Origin: Eledone cirrhosa
Lineage: Eukaryota
DNA: 64,000 nucleotides
Assembly (NCBI GenBank): GCA_964016885.1
Contig: OZ024743.1
Location: forward strand, 319,424,001-319,488,000
Direction of reading: 5' to 3'
Shown: piece after piece, positions 1 to 11,006 of the stretch
Layout of the letters: every line of letters begins with the position of its first letter
How positions within the stretch are numbered: position 1 is the stretch's first letter
The notes under the pieces: generated by a model
What the model was told of the DNA's origin: nothing
What the model saw: only the letters and a program-made list of their open reading frames with translations
The model's database searches: none
Program-made: the position numbers and the translations under genes

Positions 1-301
<301 letters not shown>

Positions 302-460
302 AAAGAATGAATAATAACAGGTAGACATCATAAAAAGGTAATTTATTCCGTGTGCTTACAAGTGTTTCCACGGTGGTACTGAAGCCTAGTTCCGCTACGT
401 GCAAATTCACAAGTATTTGCAGAACTTATATATATATGTATATGTATATATGTATATATA

Positions 461-652
461 TATAAATATTTCGTATCTCCAAAGAAATACGGTTTTAGGA
501 AGCCGTAGCTATGCAAACACCGAGGGGCTAACGCGCTCTGGTGATGTGCAGCAGAAACAAGAGGGACAAGCGTCTATGCATTTCAGGCTTAACTGGCCTT
601 CGTCAGGACGGTCCCTCCCACCGTATTTCTTTGGAGATACGAAATATTTATA
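461..652 (-). mobile_element. Small non-coding element with 33 bp inverted ends and an internal hammerhead
   Basis: 461-493 (tataaatatttcgtatctccaaagaaatacggt) is the reverse complement of 620-652; flanked by TA-rich repeats. Confidence 0.75.
571..610 (-). ncRNA. Minimal type I hammerhead ribozyme
   Basis: Minus strand reads CGTC-CTGACGA-AGGC-CAGTTAA-GCCT-GAAA-TGCA-TA-GACG: intact core, 4 bp stems I and II, palindromic minimal stem III (ATGCAT), AUA triplet. Confidence 0.8.
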
Positions 653-749
653 CATATTGTATAAAGCTATGCTTGAAGCGAAATCCTATTTATTTTGTAG
701 ATATATACATATATATATACGTATATATAAATGTTTATATATAAATGTG

Positions 750-822
<73 letters not shown>

Positions 823-829
<7 letters not shown>

Positions 830-997
830 AGAAAAAAGAGAATCAATGTTGCGACGAAAGGAATTTATTGGACATATTACAAATGTTTCTCGGGCGACCA
901 GCTCGATGCACGATCGATATGGTGATCACACCCGACTCTGAAATCAACACGGTTGATTCCTTTCGTCGCAACATTGATTCTCTTTTTTCTGTGATAT
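823..997 (-). mobile_element. Small element with 42 bp inverted ends and the 3' half of a hammerhead
   Basis: 823-864 is the reverse complement of 956-997; inside, the minus strand has a TCGGGTG...CGCCCGA stem then GAAAC-ATTT-GTA and AATAAA; shares GAT(T/C)CAGAGTCGGGT with the element at 62280. Confidence 0.6.
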
Positions 998-1072
998 CAT
1001 ACTCTCCCCTACGGGGGCATTAAGTGCTCATACGGCCTACCGCATACGGACGCTCTAAGCATCCAACACCAA

Positions 1073-1118
<46 letters not shown>

Positions 1119-1127
1119 GTTTATATA

Positions 1128-2004
1128 CGAGGTGTGTCAGAAGAGTTCCAGGACTGATGTCACAAAAGATTTATTTCAAACACAAACGTCACACTAAGAG
1201 ATTTCTCCTTCAAAGTAATCTCCCTGTAGTCTAATGAACTTTTCCATCCTATTCTGCCACACTTGCATGCACTCCTGGAAGGATTCTTCCGGGATCCTCT
1301 GCAGTTCCGTCGTCACGGCCTTTTTGATGTCGTCCACGTCTTCAAAAAGGGTCCCCCCGGATCGTACTCGAAGATCCATGACTCATCACCGGTAATGACT
1401 GTCCCTAGCAAATCTGGTTCGGTTTCAAGACGCTCGATGATGTCCTGACACACTTGCATGCGTCGACCGTTATGGTTCATCGTTTTGGCACCATCTTGCG
1501 CAAACTTTCCGCATGTCCAAATCTTCAGTGAGAATCTTCCAGACGCTGTTCCGATTCATGCCCAGCTCATTTGCCATCAGTCGAACAGTCAGCCGACGAT
1601 CGCTAAGCACTATCTGCCTGACGCGCTCAAAGTTGACCCCAGTCCTAGTTGTTGAGGGCCTTCCGCTCCTGGGGGTCATCTTGCACCACTAAAAAGCACG
1701 TGAGCGTGACATCGTCTCATCTCCATACACTTGCTGCAGCAATCCCAGTGCTTCTGACAGGGTTTTCCCCAACCGTACCAGAAACTTCAAGTTTGTCGTT
1801 GCTCTGTGCTCATTGCTTGACGACCTGAAACAGAGGACATGTATATAAAATTATGAAGAAAAAAGTTTGATCGCTGCAGAGAGCTAAGATTATAGTTACA
1901 TACTCCAGGGGGATTACTTTGAAGAAGAAAACTCTTAGTGTGACGTTTGGATTTGAAATAAATCTTTCGTGACATCAGTCCTGGAACTTTTCTGACACAC
2001 TTCG
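1128..2004 (-). mobile_element. Mariner (Tc1/mariner) internal-deletion derivative with ~100 bp TIRs and TA target duplication
   Basis: TA|CGAGGTGTGTCAGAA...TTCTGACACACTTCG|TA; TIRs 1128-1229 and 1903-2004; transposase fragments PRSGRPST (HTH region) and C-terminal W..R...I..QGDYFEG; much of the catalytic core missing or frameshifted. Confidence 0.92.
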
Positions 2005-2052
2005 TATATGTATATATATATATATGTATATATATATATGTATATATATATA

Positions 2053-2128
<76 letters not shown>

Positions 2129-2132
2129 TATA

Positions 2133-2172
<40 letters not shown>
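2005..2172. repeat. (TA)n microsatellite
   Basis: Directly visible. Confidence 0.97.
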
Positions 2173-2179
<7 letters not shown>

Positions 2180-3629
2180 AGATACTGTTTATAGTTATGT
2201 ATATACTATACTATAAACAACTATAAACAAGGAAGATCAGTAATTTATTACTACCTTATTACCAGTAAGAGAAATAGCTCAATGTAAGAACATCAGTTGT
2301 TTTACAGAGCAGTTATATAGATTACACAAGTATCAAAGTTATGTTTAAAACATTTAATCGCTGACAATTATTTCTTCCAAACTTAAGCTTGGAGTTCTCG
2401 GAGCATTATCAATGTTTGTACATATAATTAACCTCCTATTCAACTGAAGAATCATACAGATACATATATATTGATGTTGTGGACAAGAGTTTCTTGTTTA
2501 CAGGGTGGAATGGATGCGACATATATTATACGAGAATTGTACAATAATTCAAATTACGATTCAAATTCAAATTCAAAATTAAAATTAAAATTAAAAGCAT
2601 AGGGTGGAATACATGCGATAGATAATACAAGAGAATAGTCTAACAATTAAATTAAAGAGATAGTACATGCGTTAGTCATATATAAAGGAATGGAACAAGC
2701 AAATGTATCATGTATATATGAGTACAGTATGGCAAGGTATTACATAAAATACAAGCACTTTAAACGAATATGTTAGTGTATTATGGTGGATGTAATGCGA
2801 TGATATTTTCTGTATAGTTCAAATTTGTATGTGTGTAGAATATGAAAGTTACAGATTTCACATCCATTACATATGTTAAGTTATATCTGTATTGAATGTT
2901 TGTTATAGTAATGGATTGTAACTTGGTGTTATTTTATCCATATTTATGGAATAGAGTTCTTCTACTGCGAGAATTTTCAACGGTTTAATATCCGGAAGTG
3001 GATATGGAATTAAGGGGAGCTAATGCGTAAAGGGAGGTAACTAGCTCATTATAATAATTAAATTCCTTGCTCTAATAGACATTATATAGTGCCTCAATTG
3101 AATCCCTTATATAAAAAGTTATATATTTATGTTTAATTTTAAATACAGTCTATTCTCTCATAATATATTAAATGCTTAATTAGATTGTTGTCTACCCAAT
3201 ATTATATAGTGCCACAATTGAATCCCTTATACAAAATGTTATATATTTATATTTAATTTTAAATACAGTCTAATCTCTCATAATATATTAAGGTTTCGTT
3301 AGATTGTTGTCTACCCAATATTTGGCAAGATGTGGAATAACGTATAGCTGTTTGCATGATAAATTAGATACATCCCTTGAGTTAATTAATCCTTTATATA
3401 CAATGTTATTAATTTATACATTAATTATAAATGTATATATAATTCATTGTTACATTTAATATTTAACGTTTATATATATTATATTATATTTCAATCACTA
3501 TATAATTATAAGTAATCTAAAGTAATTATATTAAAAGATGATGACTATAAAAATATTTCTAGAGTATAATGTTAGAGATAAAAATGATTTGTGTAGAGGA
3601 AAGGGTGGATCAAAGAGTGTGATGCAGCG

Positions 3630-5290
3630 GTGGGCCTATATCTACTAAATGAAATCCATAAGGACCTACCATACCTCAACGGTGGTTTATACCGCGATGA
3701 TGTACTACTCCTTATAGACTATAAAAAATTTAATATAGAAAGAACTAGGAAACTATTACATAACATTTTCAAAAACTTCAACTTAAGTATCACCATAGAC
3801 AAAAACACTAAAAATGTTAACTTCCTAGATGCTACCCTTTACCTAGCCTCTAAAATATATACACCCTTTCATAAATCTAACGCAAAACTAATTCATGTAG
3901 ATACCAAGTCTAACCACCCTAAATCCATATTAAACTCAATCACTAAAGGATTATCTAATAGAATCTCTAATCTATCTTATAACGAAACCATATTTAACAA
4001 TAATTCACAATACTATAATCAGGCATTAGCTAAATCAGGCCATAATAATTGTTTCTACTTTTGGCACAAGGCCAGCAATTACCCAGTGTATTACTGGTAC
4101 TTTATTTTATCGACCCCGTAAGGATGAAAGGCAAAGTTAACCTCGGCGGGATTTGAACTCAGAATGGCAAGGGCCGTAACTCTATGCGTCAAAGCATGGC
4201 GTCCGACCCTCTACCGATACTGCCAATCCACCGCCTAAATCAGGCCATAATAATGGGATTGAATTCCTACCTATAAACTCACATAGTTACAGCATTATTT
4301 CTCACAATATGGCCATGAGGAAAAATAATAAGAAGAATAATAGCCACCCTTACTCTAATACAAAGGGTAGTATCAAACTTAATTCGCACCAAAGTAGACA
4401 CCAATATAATATTATAAACAGAAATACCTCAATAGATATTATAAAAAAACAAAAATAGAAGAACTAATACATTTTTCAATCCCCTTTCAATCTAAACGTC
4501 TCTACCAACTTACCTAAGGCTTTCTTCTCAATCCTAGAAAAAAACTTCCCATCTGGCCACAAATACCATAATCTTATAAATAAAAACACAATTAAAATCT
4601 CTTACTCTACCACACCTAACATAGCATACCATAGCTAGTAGTAATAAAAGAAAGATTAATATTTATTTTCAACTAATTAAAACACAGCAGGAGGTAAACT
4701 TTCAGAACAACATAATAACTACAAACCCTAATAGCAATAGTAATAATAGTAATAACACTAATGAAATCAATAACATTAGGAACGACAACCATCATAACCC
4801 TAATACTAACCCTAGCAACCAGATTTCTACACAACATAATAACCGACAAGATAACATCCAAAATAAATGTAACTGTAGATGAAATAGAACTTGCCCTTTA
4901 GGTAACAACTGCTTAATCAAAGACATCATTTACTCCTGCACGTTCAACACTAACAACTCTTCTAAAACATATATAGGCTCTACTTCGAACTGCTTCAAGA
5001 CGAGATACAACTCGCACCTCCACTCTTTCAAAAAACACAATCTAGCCAACTTCATTTCACTATCTAGCTACATACACTATCTGAAAACTAGGAATAGAAC
5101 ATATACACTTCAATGGAAAGTAGTAGGTACGGCTGCATCGTATAAACCCCCTAATAAATTTTGTAACCTCTGTCTCCTAGAGACCTATACTATAATCTTT
5201 TCGAATCTTAACCTGCTAAATAAAAAATCGGAAGTGTTTGCATCGTGCCAGCACCGCTTCCGACACTCATTCCATAGCTTTAAACCTAGT
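3630..5290 (+). pseudogene. Penelope-like RT C-terminus/thumb + GIY-YIG endonuclease (stops, frameshifts, SINE insertion)
   Basis: GLYRDD, VNFLD, SNHP..I, then CNCR*NRTCPLGNNCL, IIY..., TYIGST..FKTRYNSH..SF, CNLCLLE, LNKKSE...CQH. Confidence 0.88.
4050..4235 (-). mobile_element. tRNA-derived SINE (family A) with ~20 bp TSD
   Basis: A box TGGCAGTATCGG, B box GAGTTCAAATCCC, central GCCTTTCATCCT..GGGGTCGATAAAATAAAGTACCAG; TSD ctaaatcaggccataataat at 4030-4049 and 4235-4254. Confidence 0.93.
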
Positions 5291-5582
5291 ATATAACAAT
5301 GTTAGATTTGAACTCATCACCACCATTAGCACTTCACCTCTAATACTTGCCTTCCACCGCTGCATCACACTCTTTGATCCACCCTTTCCTCTACACAAAT
5401 CATTTTTATGTCTAACATTATACTCTAGAAATATTCTTATAGTCACCATCTTTTAATATAATTACCTTAGATTACTTATAATCATATAGTGATTGAAATA
5501 TAATACAATTAATATAAACTTTAAATATTAAATGTAACAATGAATTATATATACATTTATAATTAATGTATAAATTAATAAC

Positions 5583-5762
5583 TGTTTCTACTTTAGGCAC
5601 AAAGCCAGCAATTACCCAGTGCATTACTGGTACTTTATTTTATCGACCCCGTAAGGATGAAAGGCAAAGTCAACCTCGGCGGGATTTGAACTCAGATCGT
5701 AAAGGGACGTAACTATGCTGGAAAGCATGGCGTCCGACCCTCTACCGATACTGCCAATCCAC
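5583..5762 (-). mobile_element. SINE family A in the right arm of the Penelope inverted repeat
   Basis: Same sequence as 4050-4235; absent from the matching position of the left arm. Confidence 0.92.
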
Positions 5763-6756
5763 ATTGTATATAAAGGATTAATTAACTCAAGGGATGTATC
5801 TAATTTATCATGCAAACAGCTATACGTTATTCCATATCTTGCCAAATATTGGGTAGACGACAATCTAATGAAACCTTAATATATTATGAGAGAGTAGACT
5901 GTATTTAAAGTTAAATATAAATATATAACATTTGTATAAGGGATTCAATTGTGGCACTATATAATATTGGGTAGACAACAATCTAATGAAACCTTAATAT
6001 ATTATGAGAGAGTAGACTGTATTTAAAATTAAATATAAATATATAACTTTTTATATAAGGGATTCAATTGAGGTACTATATAATGTCTATTAGAGCAAGG
6101 AATTTAATTATTATAATGAGCTAGTTACCTCCCTTTACGCATTAGCTCCCCTTAATTCCATATCCACTTCCGGATATTAAACCGTTGAAAATTCTCGCAG
6201 TAGAACAACTCTAATCCATAAATATGAATACAATAACACCAAGTTACAATCCATTACTATAACAAACATTCAATACAAATATAACTTAACATATGTAATG
6301 GATGTGAAATCTGTAACTTTCATATTCTACACACATACAAATTTGAACTATACAGAAAATATCATCGCATTACACCCACCATAATACACTAACATATTCG
6401 CTTAAAGTGCTTGTATTTTATGTAATACTTTGCCATACAGTACTCATATATGCATGATACATTTGCTTGTTCCATTCCTTTATATATGACTAACGCATGT
6501 ACTATCTCTTTAATTTAATTGTTAGACCATTCTCTTGTATTATCTGTCGCATGTATTCCACCCTATGCTTTTAATTTTAATTTTAATTTTGAATTTGAAT
6601 TTGAATCGTAATTTGAATTATTGTACAATTCTCGTATAATATATGTCGCATCCATTCCACCCTGTAAACATGGAACTGTTGTCCACAACATCAATATATA
6701 TGTATCTGTATGATTCTTCAGTTGAATAGGAGGTTAATTATATGTACAAACATTGA

Positions 6757-6810
6757 TAATGCTCCGAGAACTCCAAGCTTAAGTTTGGAAGAAACAATTG
6801 TCAGCGATTA
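6757..6810 (+). ncRNA. Hammerhead-like motif with non-canonical core at the Penelope 3' end (mirror copy 2355-2408, minus)
   Basis: TAATGCT-CCGAGAA-CTCCAAGC-TTAA-GTTTGGAA-GAAAC-AATT-GTC-AGCGATTA: stems I/II, palindromic stem III and GUC present; core deviates (U4C, G8A). Confidence 0.6.
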
Positions 6811-6842
6811 AATGTTTTAAACATAACTTCATACTTATGTAA

Positions 6843-6879
6843 TCTCTCTCTCTCCCTCTCTCTCTATCTCTCTCCCCCC

Positions 6880-6921
<42 letters not shown>

Positions 6922-6975
6922 CTGTGTGTCTGTATATATGTGTGTGCGCGTTGTGTGTGGGTGTGTGTGTGCTTG
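6843..6975. repeat. Compound (CT)n/(TA)n/(GT)n microsatellite
   Basis: Directly visible. Confidence 0.93.
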
Positions 6976-7604
6976 TAGATATATATGACGGCAAAATAAA
7001 CATCTGTTTACTTTATTTACGTCCACATTTTCCGCTGCTGGTACATGCGCACTTTATCACTTCCTCGATGCACTGAGTTGTGGTCACATGGTCATGAGTT
7101 TTATTATTATGATATATATATTTTCCGACGCACACGATGACGTTGGTATATAAATTATATGTGACCGGCATAGATGTGTGAATGTTCTATAGCTTAAATT
7201 TTGTGTGTATTTGTATATTTTACTATATCGCTTGTTTATTGTGTCCTTGTATTCACGTATTTATATGTTAATAAGAACTTATCTTTCTCTGTATATTAAT
7301 ATGACTAGATGTATGTGTGACCCTGTGTGTGCGTGCGTGTGTGTGTGTGTTTGTCTGTATGTACGTACAAGTTATTTTGTTTTTATAGAATGTCTTCATA
7401 TGCAAGTACGCATGCGTTATTATGATCTTGTCATTCTCTGTACGTTGATATAACTAGATGCGTGCCTTTGTGTGTGTGTGTGTGCGTGTGGCTGCATGTG
7501 TACATTTGTCAGTATGCTTGTGTCAGTGTGTGGGCATGTGCGTCTTTGCCTGTGTGTGTCTTGTGTGCCTGTAAACCTGAGTCTATACGTGAACGTTTGC
7601 AAGG

Positions 7605-7714
7605 CAAAGAAAAAGAGAGAAAGATAAGAGAGGTAGAGAGTGGATGAGATGGGGAGAGAGAAAGTGTGAGAGGGAGAGAGAAAAGAAAGAGATAGAGAGA
7701 GGAGTAAAAAAGGG

Positions 7715-7757
<43 letters not shown>

Positions 7758-7762
7758 AAAAG
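7605..7762. repeat. Purine-rich/(GA)n tract
   Basis: Directly visible. Confidence 0.9.
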
Positions 7763-7995
7763 CAAGCTAGTGCAATGCCGCCTGTTAAGACTTGCTTACT
7801 AGCAGACTAAACAAGCCAGATAGCAGACAGAAAGATGGTGGATGGCGATGGCATTAAATTTAAACTGTGTTGATACGTCTGGATATATGAGAGATACTTA
7901 TCTGTCGACCGATATGGACTCGAAGTAAACACAAGAACGGCATCCGTTGCTATATGTTATAACATAGACAACGCCAAACCGCGCCCACTTCGCTG

Positions 7996-8009
7996 GTCTC
8001 CATGGAAAC
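7996..8009. promoter_or_regulatory. RFX X-box-like motif
   Basis: GTCTCCATGGAAAC fits the GTHNYY-AT-RRNAAC consensus inside a short GC-richer non-repetitive patch; no linked gene seen. Confidence 0.25.
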
Positions 8010-8438
8010 ATTCCTCAAGGGCCACTGCCGTGCCCTGCCGTGCCCTGCCGTCTTTTTCTTGCCACTAAATTTTCTATACAAACTCGTATATTACAGAACT
8101 TTTAACAAATACATTACACATGCTATATACATACATTTTATGAATTTTTGTTATCTGCATACATTCTATAAAACTTTTAACAAACACATTATATGTGTTT
8201 ATCTAGATATAGAACTAATCCAAATGACAAAACAAATTATGTAATAGGCAAAAAATCAACTCTATTCATAAACACGACCGAGTCAAGAAGCCAACAACAT
8301 GACACCTTGGGCAAGTGTCTTATACTATAGTCTCTGTTTGATCAATGCTGCGTGGCCGAAATTTTGTTGACGGAAACATCGCAGAAATATGTATATATTT
8401 ATACAATCATAGAAAAACATACATACACAAACACAATA

Positions 8439-9200
8439 CAAGGTGCGGACGATATTTGTTCGCAAGATTACTGTCTAGGAAAGAGTAACACAGTAGTTTT
8501 ATTTTTTAAGATATATTTATCAAACTTGGGTCAGTTTGTCTTCATTTACTATGATGACCGTCTCAAGGCGGCCTCTGAACCGGCTACAGGCCTTCGTCAC
8601 TCTCCCCCGACTTAGGCCCCTAAAGGCACTTGTGATCCTGGCCTTCAGATCGTCTTTCGTATTGCAGCTAGATCTGTTGGGGTCTCGTTCCACTGCGCCT
8701 CACACAAAGAAGTCGAGGGAGTTGCAGTCAAGCGAGCTGGGAGGCCAGATGTCAGGTGAAGTGTGGTCGACGAAGTTCTCTGACAGCCAGGCTTGGGTCT
8801 TTCGGCTGGTATGGCAGGGCGCTGAGTCTTGCTGCCACATGTACGGCCTACCTGCAGCTACCTGGTCGATCCAGGACTTTACTACCTCGCTCAGAATTCG
8901 GATGTAGCCATCGGTGTTCAGCTTGAGGCCCTCAGTGAAGAAGTGAGGTGGCATGACGTCACCTTGTCTGCGGACGACACCTAAGACCAATGTTGTCGCT
9001 GGAAGCTTTGTCTGCATGACTCTTGGCACGTCTTTGGAGGAGACAGCGAGCCACCTGTTTTTCTGGGAGTTGATCTTCTGGTCCTTATCTGTCCTCCCGG
9101 CGCGGATTCCAAGAAGAACTCCGTGTCTCTTCCACAAATTTGGAGGTTGAAAATGATTCGTAATCAATTATTCTGAAAATAAATAATGGAAATATAATCA
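8439..9200 (-). mobile_element. DD37D (maT-type) Tc1/mariner transposon remnant, internally deleted
   Basis: QQDSAPCH...WPPSSLDCNSLD with 37 residues between the last two Asp; TA|CAAGGTG left end; N-terminus fused directly to the catalytic region. Confidence 0.85.
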
Positions 9201-9337
9201 CTGTTTTTATGAAGACAATATATATAATATTTATACATACATATATATGTGTGTGCATGTATACATATATGTATGTATGAATGTATGTATGTATGTATGT
9301 ATGTATGTATGTATGTATGTATGTATGTATGTACGTA

Positions 9338-9947
9338 TGTCAGGTCACCAGTTGGTGCTACTGGTAACATGTATTCCAGTACAACCTATCCCATGGTTGG
9401 GTCGTTGGCGACTAAACTGGCAACCCCACCAAAGTTTCTTGGTGAGGAGGGGGACTTTGGATATCCTGCAGGACTAAAAACAAAACCTGTCAAAGGGCAA
9501 AAGAGCTCTTAAGAGTCAATGGCCATCCAAAATCACCGGGAGAGATGACCCCTTAGCCTTTGTCAAGGCAGAATTCTAGGAGAAGGAAAACTCTGATATA
9601 ACACCTGCAACCCTGATGGTATCCAATGATGTTGACTTGTTCTTCTTTTTGGTAAATATCATCTTGGTTAAGAGAGTGGGACTGGCTTTGTGCAGTGCCT
9701 TTGCTCACTATAAAAGCTTCACATCACAGGCATTGCTTTATATCTGGAGATCTCTCTGCACTAGTCGTCACATGGTACCATGGGCCCAGCACTATGTGTC
9801 AGTAATTGTCACAAGTGTAGTGTTTGTACCAGAGTTTTCAAGTCGCTAGCTGGACTAAAAAGTCACACTCGTTCAGCGCATCGGTAGGGGTTCTCCTACA
9901 TGGATGTAAAGTAGTGGCCGTACTCGAAAACGAGTTGGTAGCCACCA
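9338..9947 (+). mobile_element. ~610 bp RTE-derived non-autonomous retroposon
   Basis: Near-identical to 45967-46575 and 46588-47198; 3' part encodes CSVCTRVFKSLAGLKSHTRSAH (RTE-type C-terminal zinc finger); flanked by (ATGT)n. Confidence 0.8.
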
Positions 9948-10249
9948 TGTATGTATGTATACTTAAAAAAAAACTTCAAAGCACAGGCATTGCTTGTCCA
10001 GAATATGTTACAGGATTGTGTGACTGACAGTAGCCTAAATGTGCTCCAAATTCTATAATCTGACAAGCGATTGCAGTTAGAGTTTGCAGCCACCATGTAT
10101 GTATATAGGTGATTCAGTAAATTACTGGGGGTGATACCAATATGAGTACTCAATACACAAGTAGAGAGTATATATCTAGAAAAAGTGATGAAGTATCGTT
10201 TACATGTTTATATTGATTGTCGACGTGTTACGTACTTTTTACAAATGAT

Positions 10250-10612
10250 TGGTCCAAGGTCCGCTAAGGATAATATGGACCCGACACCAATTCGGAGAAC
10301 AGAGTGTCGATCCAGGTAAAGCCGCTATTTCGCCGAATTGCGAGATCACAGGTCCGATACTACGAGCATCTAGTTAGAATGCCACAGGAGTGAATCGCCG
10401 GGCAGATTTTACGGGAAAAATCAACCGGCATGATCCAGGAGTAGACCCCAGCAGGAGTAGACCCCAGTTGGATAGCATCCATGAGTTCGGATAGTCTCGC
10501 TTGTGGATCCAACCGGATCAATTGGTGACAGTTGCTTCTGACAGGATCCGCTGGAAGGCGTGTTTGATGACTGCTATAACACAACCCATCCCATTAATAA
10601 TAATAATAATAA
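10250..10612 (+). mobile_element. 3' fragment of an RTE-like LINE with (AAT)n tail
   Basis: ...LVTVASDRIRWK... (A.DR..W C-terminal motif) followed by an AAT tail. Confidence 0.5.
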
Positions 10613-10613
10613 T

Positions 10614-10715
10614 TGTTTCTACTTTTGGCACAAGGCCAGCAATTACCCAGTGCATTACTGGTACTTCATTTTATCGACCCCCGTAAGGATAAAAGGCAAA
10701 GTTAACCTCGGCGAG
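10614..10715 (-). mobile_element. 5'-truncated SINE family A
   Basis: Matches the 3' half of the SINE at 4050; sits between AAT tracts. Confidence 0.9.
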
Positions 10716-11006
10716 TTATAATAATAATAATAATAATAATGATAATAATAATAATAATAATGTTTTCTTTATTAACCACAAGGGTTTACATAAAGTAGAC
10801 ATTAAGGACAGTACAGGACAATACAGGACGGTACAAATGGGCATTTCTGCGTGTAAGTAAAAACAGCGGATGAAATAAAATAACAAAGAAAAATTCCCCA
10901 ATAGGGGGGAGACTTCCGAGGGACATTTGTGGAGAAAGCCCATTAAAAGACCACAGTGGACCTGACCACCAGGGCAAGTGCCCTCTCCCAGTTTTCCACC
11001 TTTAAT

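Larger units (their letters stand above)
2319..6845 (+). mobile_element. 5'-truncated Penelope-like retroelement (Naiad-like) with an inverted copy of its 3' region upstream
   Basis: RT and GIY-YIG remnants at 3630-5290; 2319-3633 is the reverse complement of 5354-6845 apart from a SINE in the right arm. Confidence 0.9.

Noticed and set aside
4865-4915. In-frame TGA near the Penelope Cys cluster as possible selenocysteine (reported for some Naiad elements)
   Set aside because: The TGA follows CNCR at a non-Cys position while the Cys codons are intact; more simply a point mutation (e.g. CGA>TGA) in an ORF that has other stops
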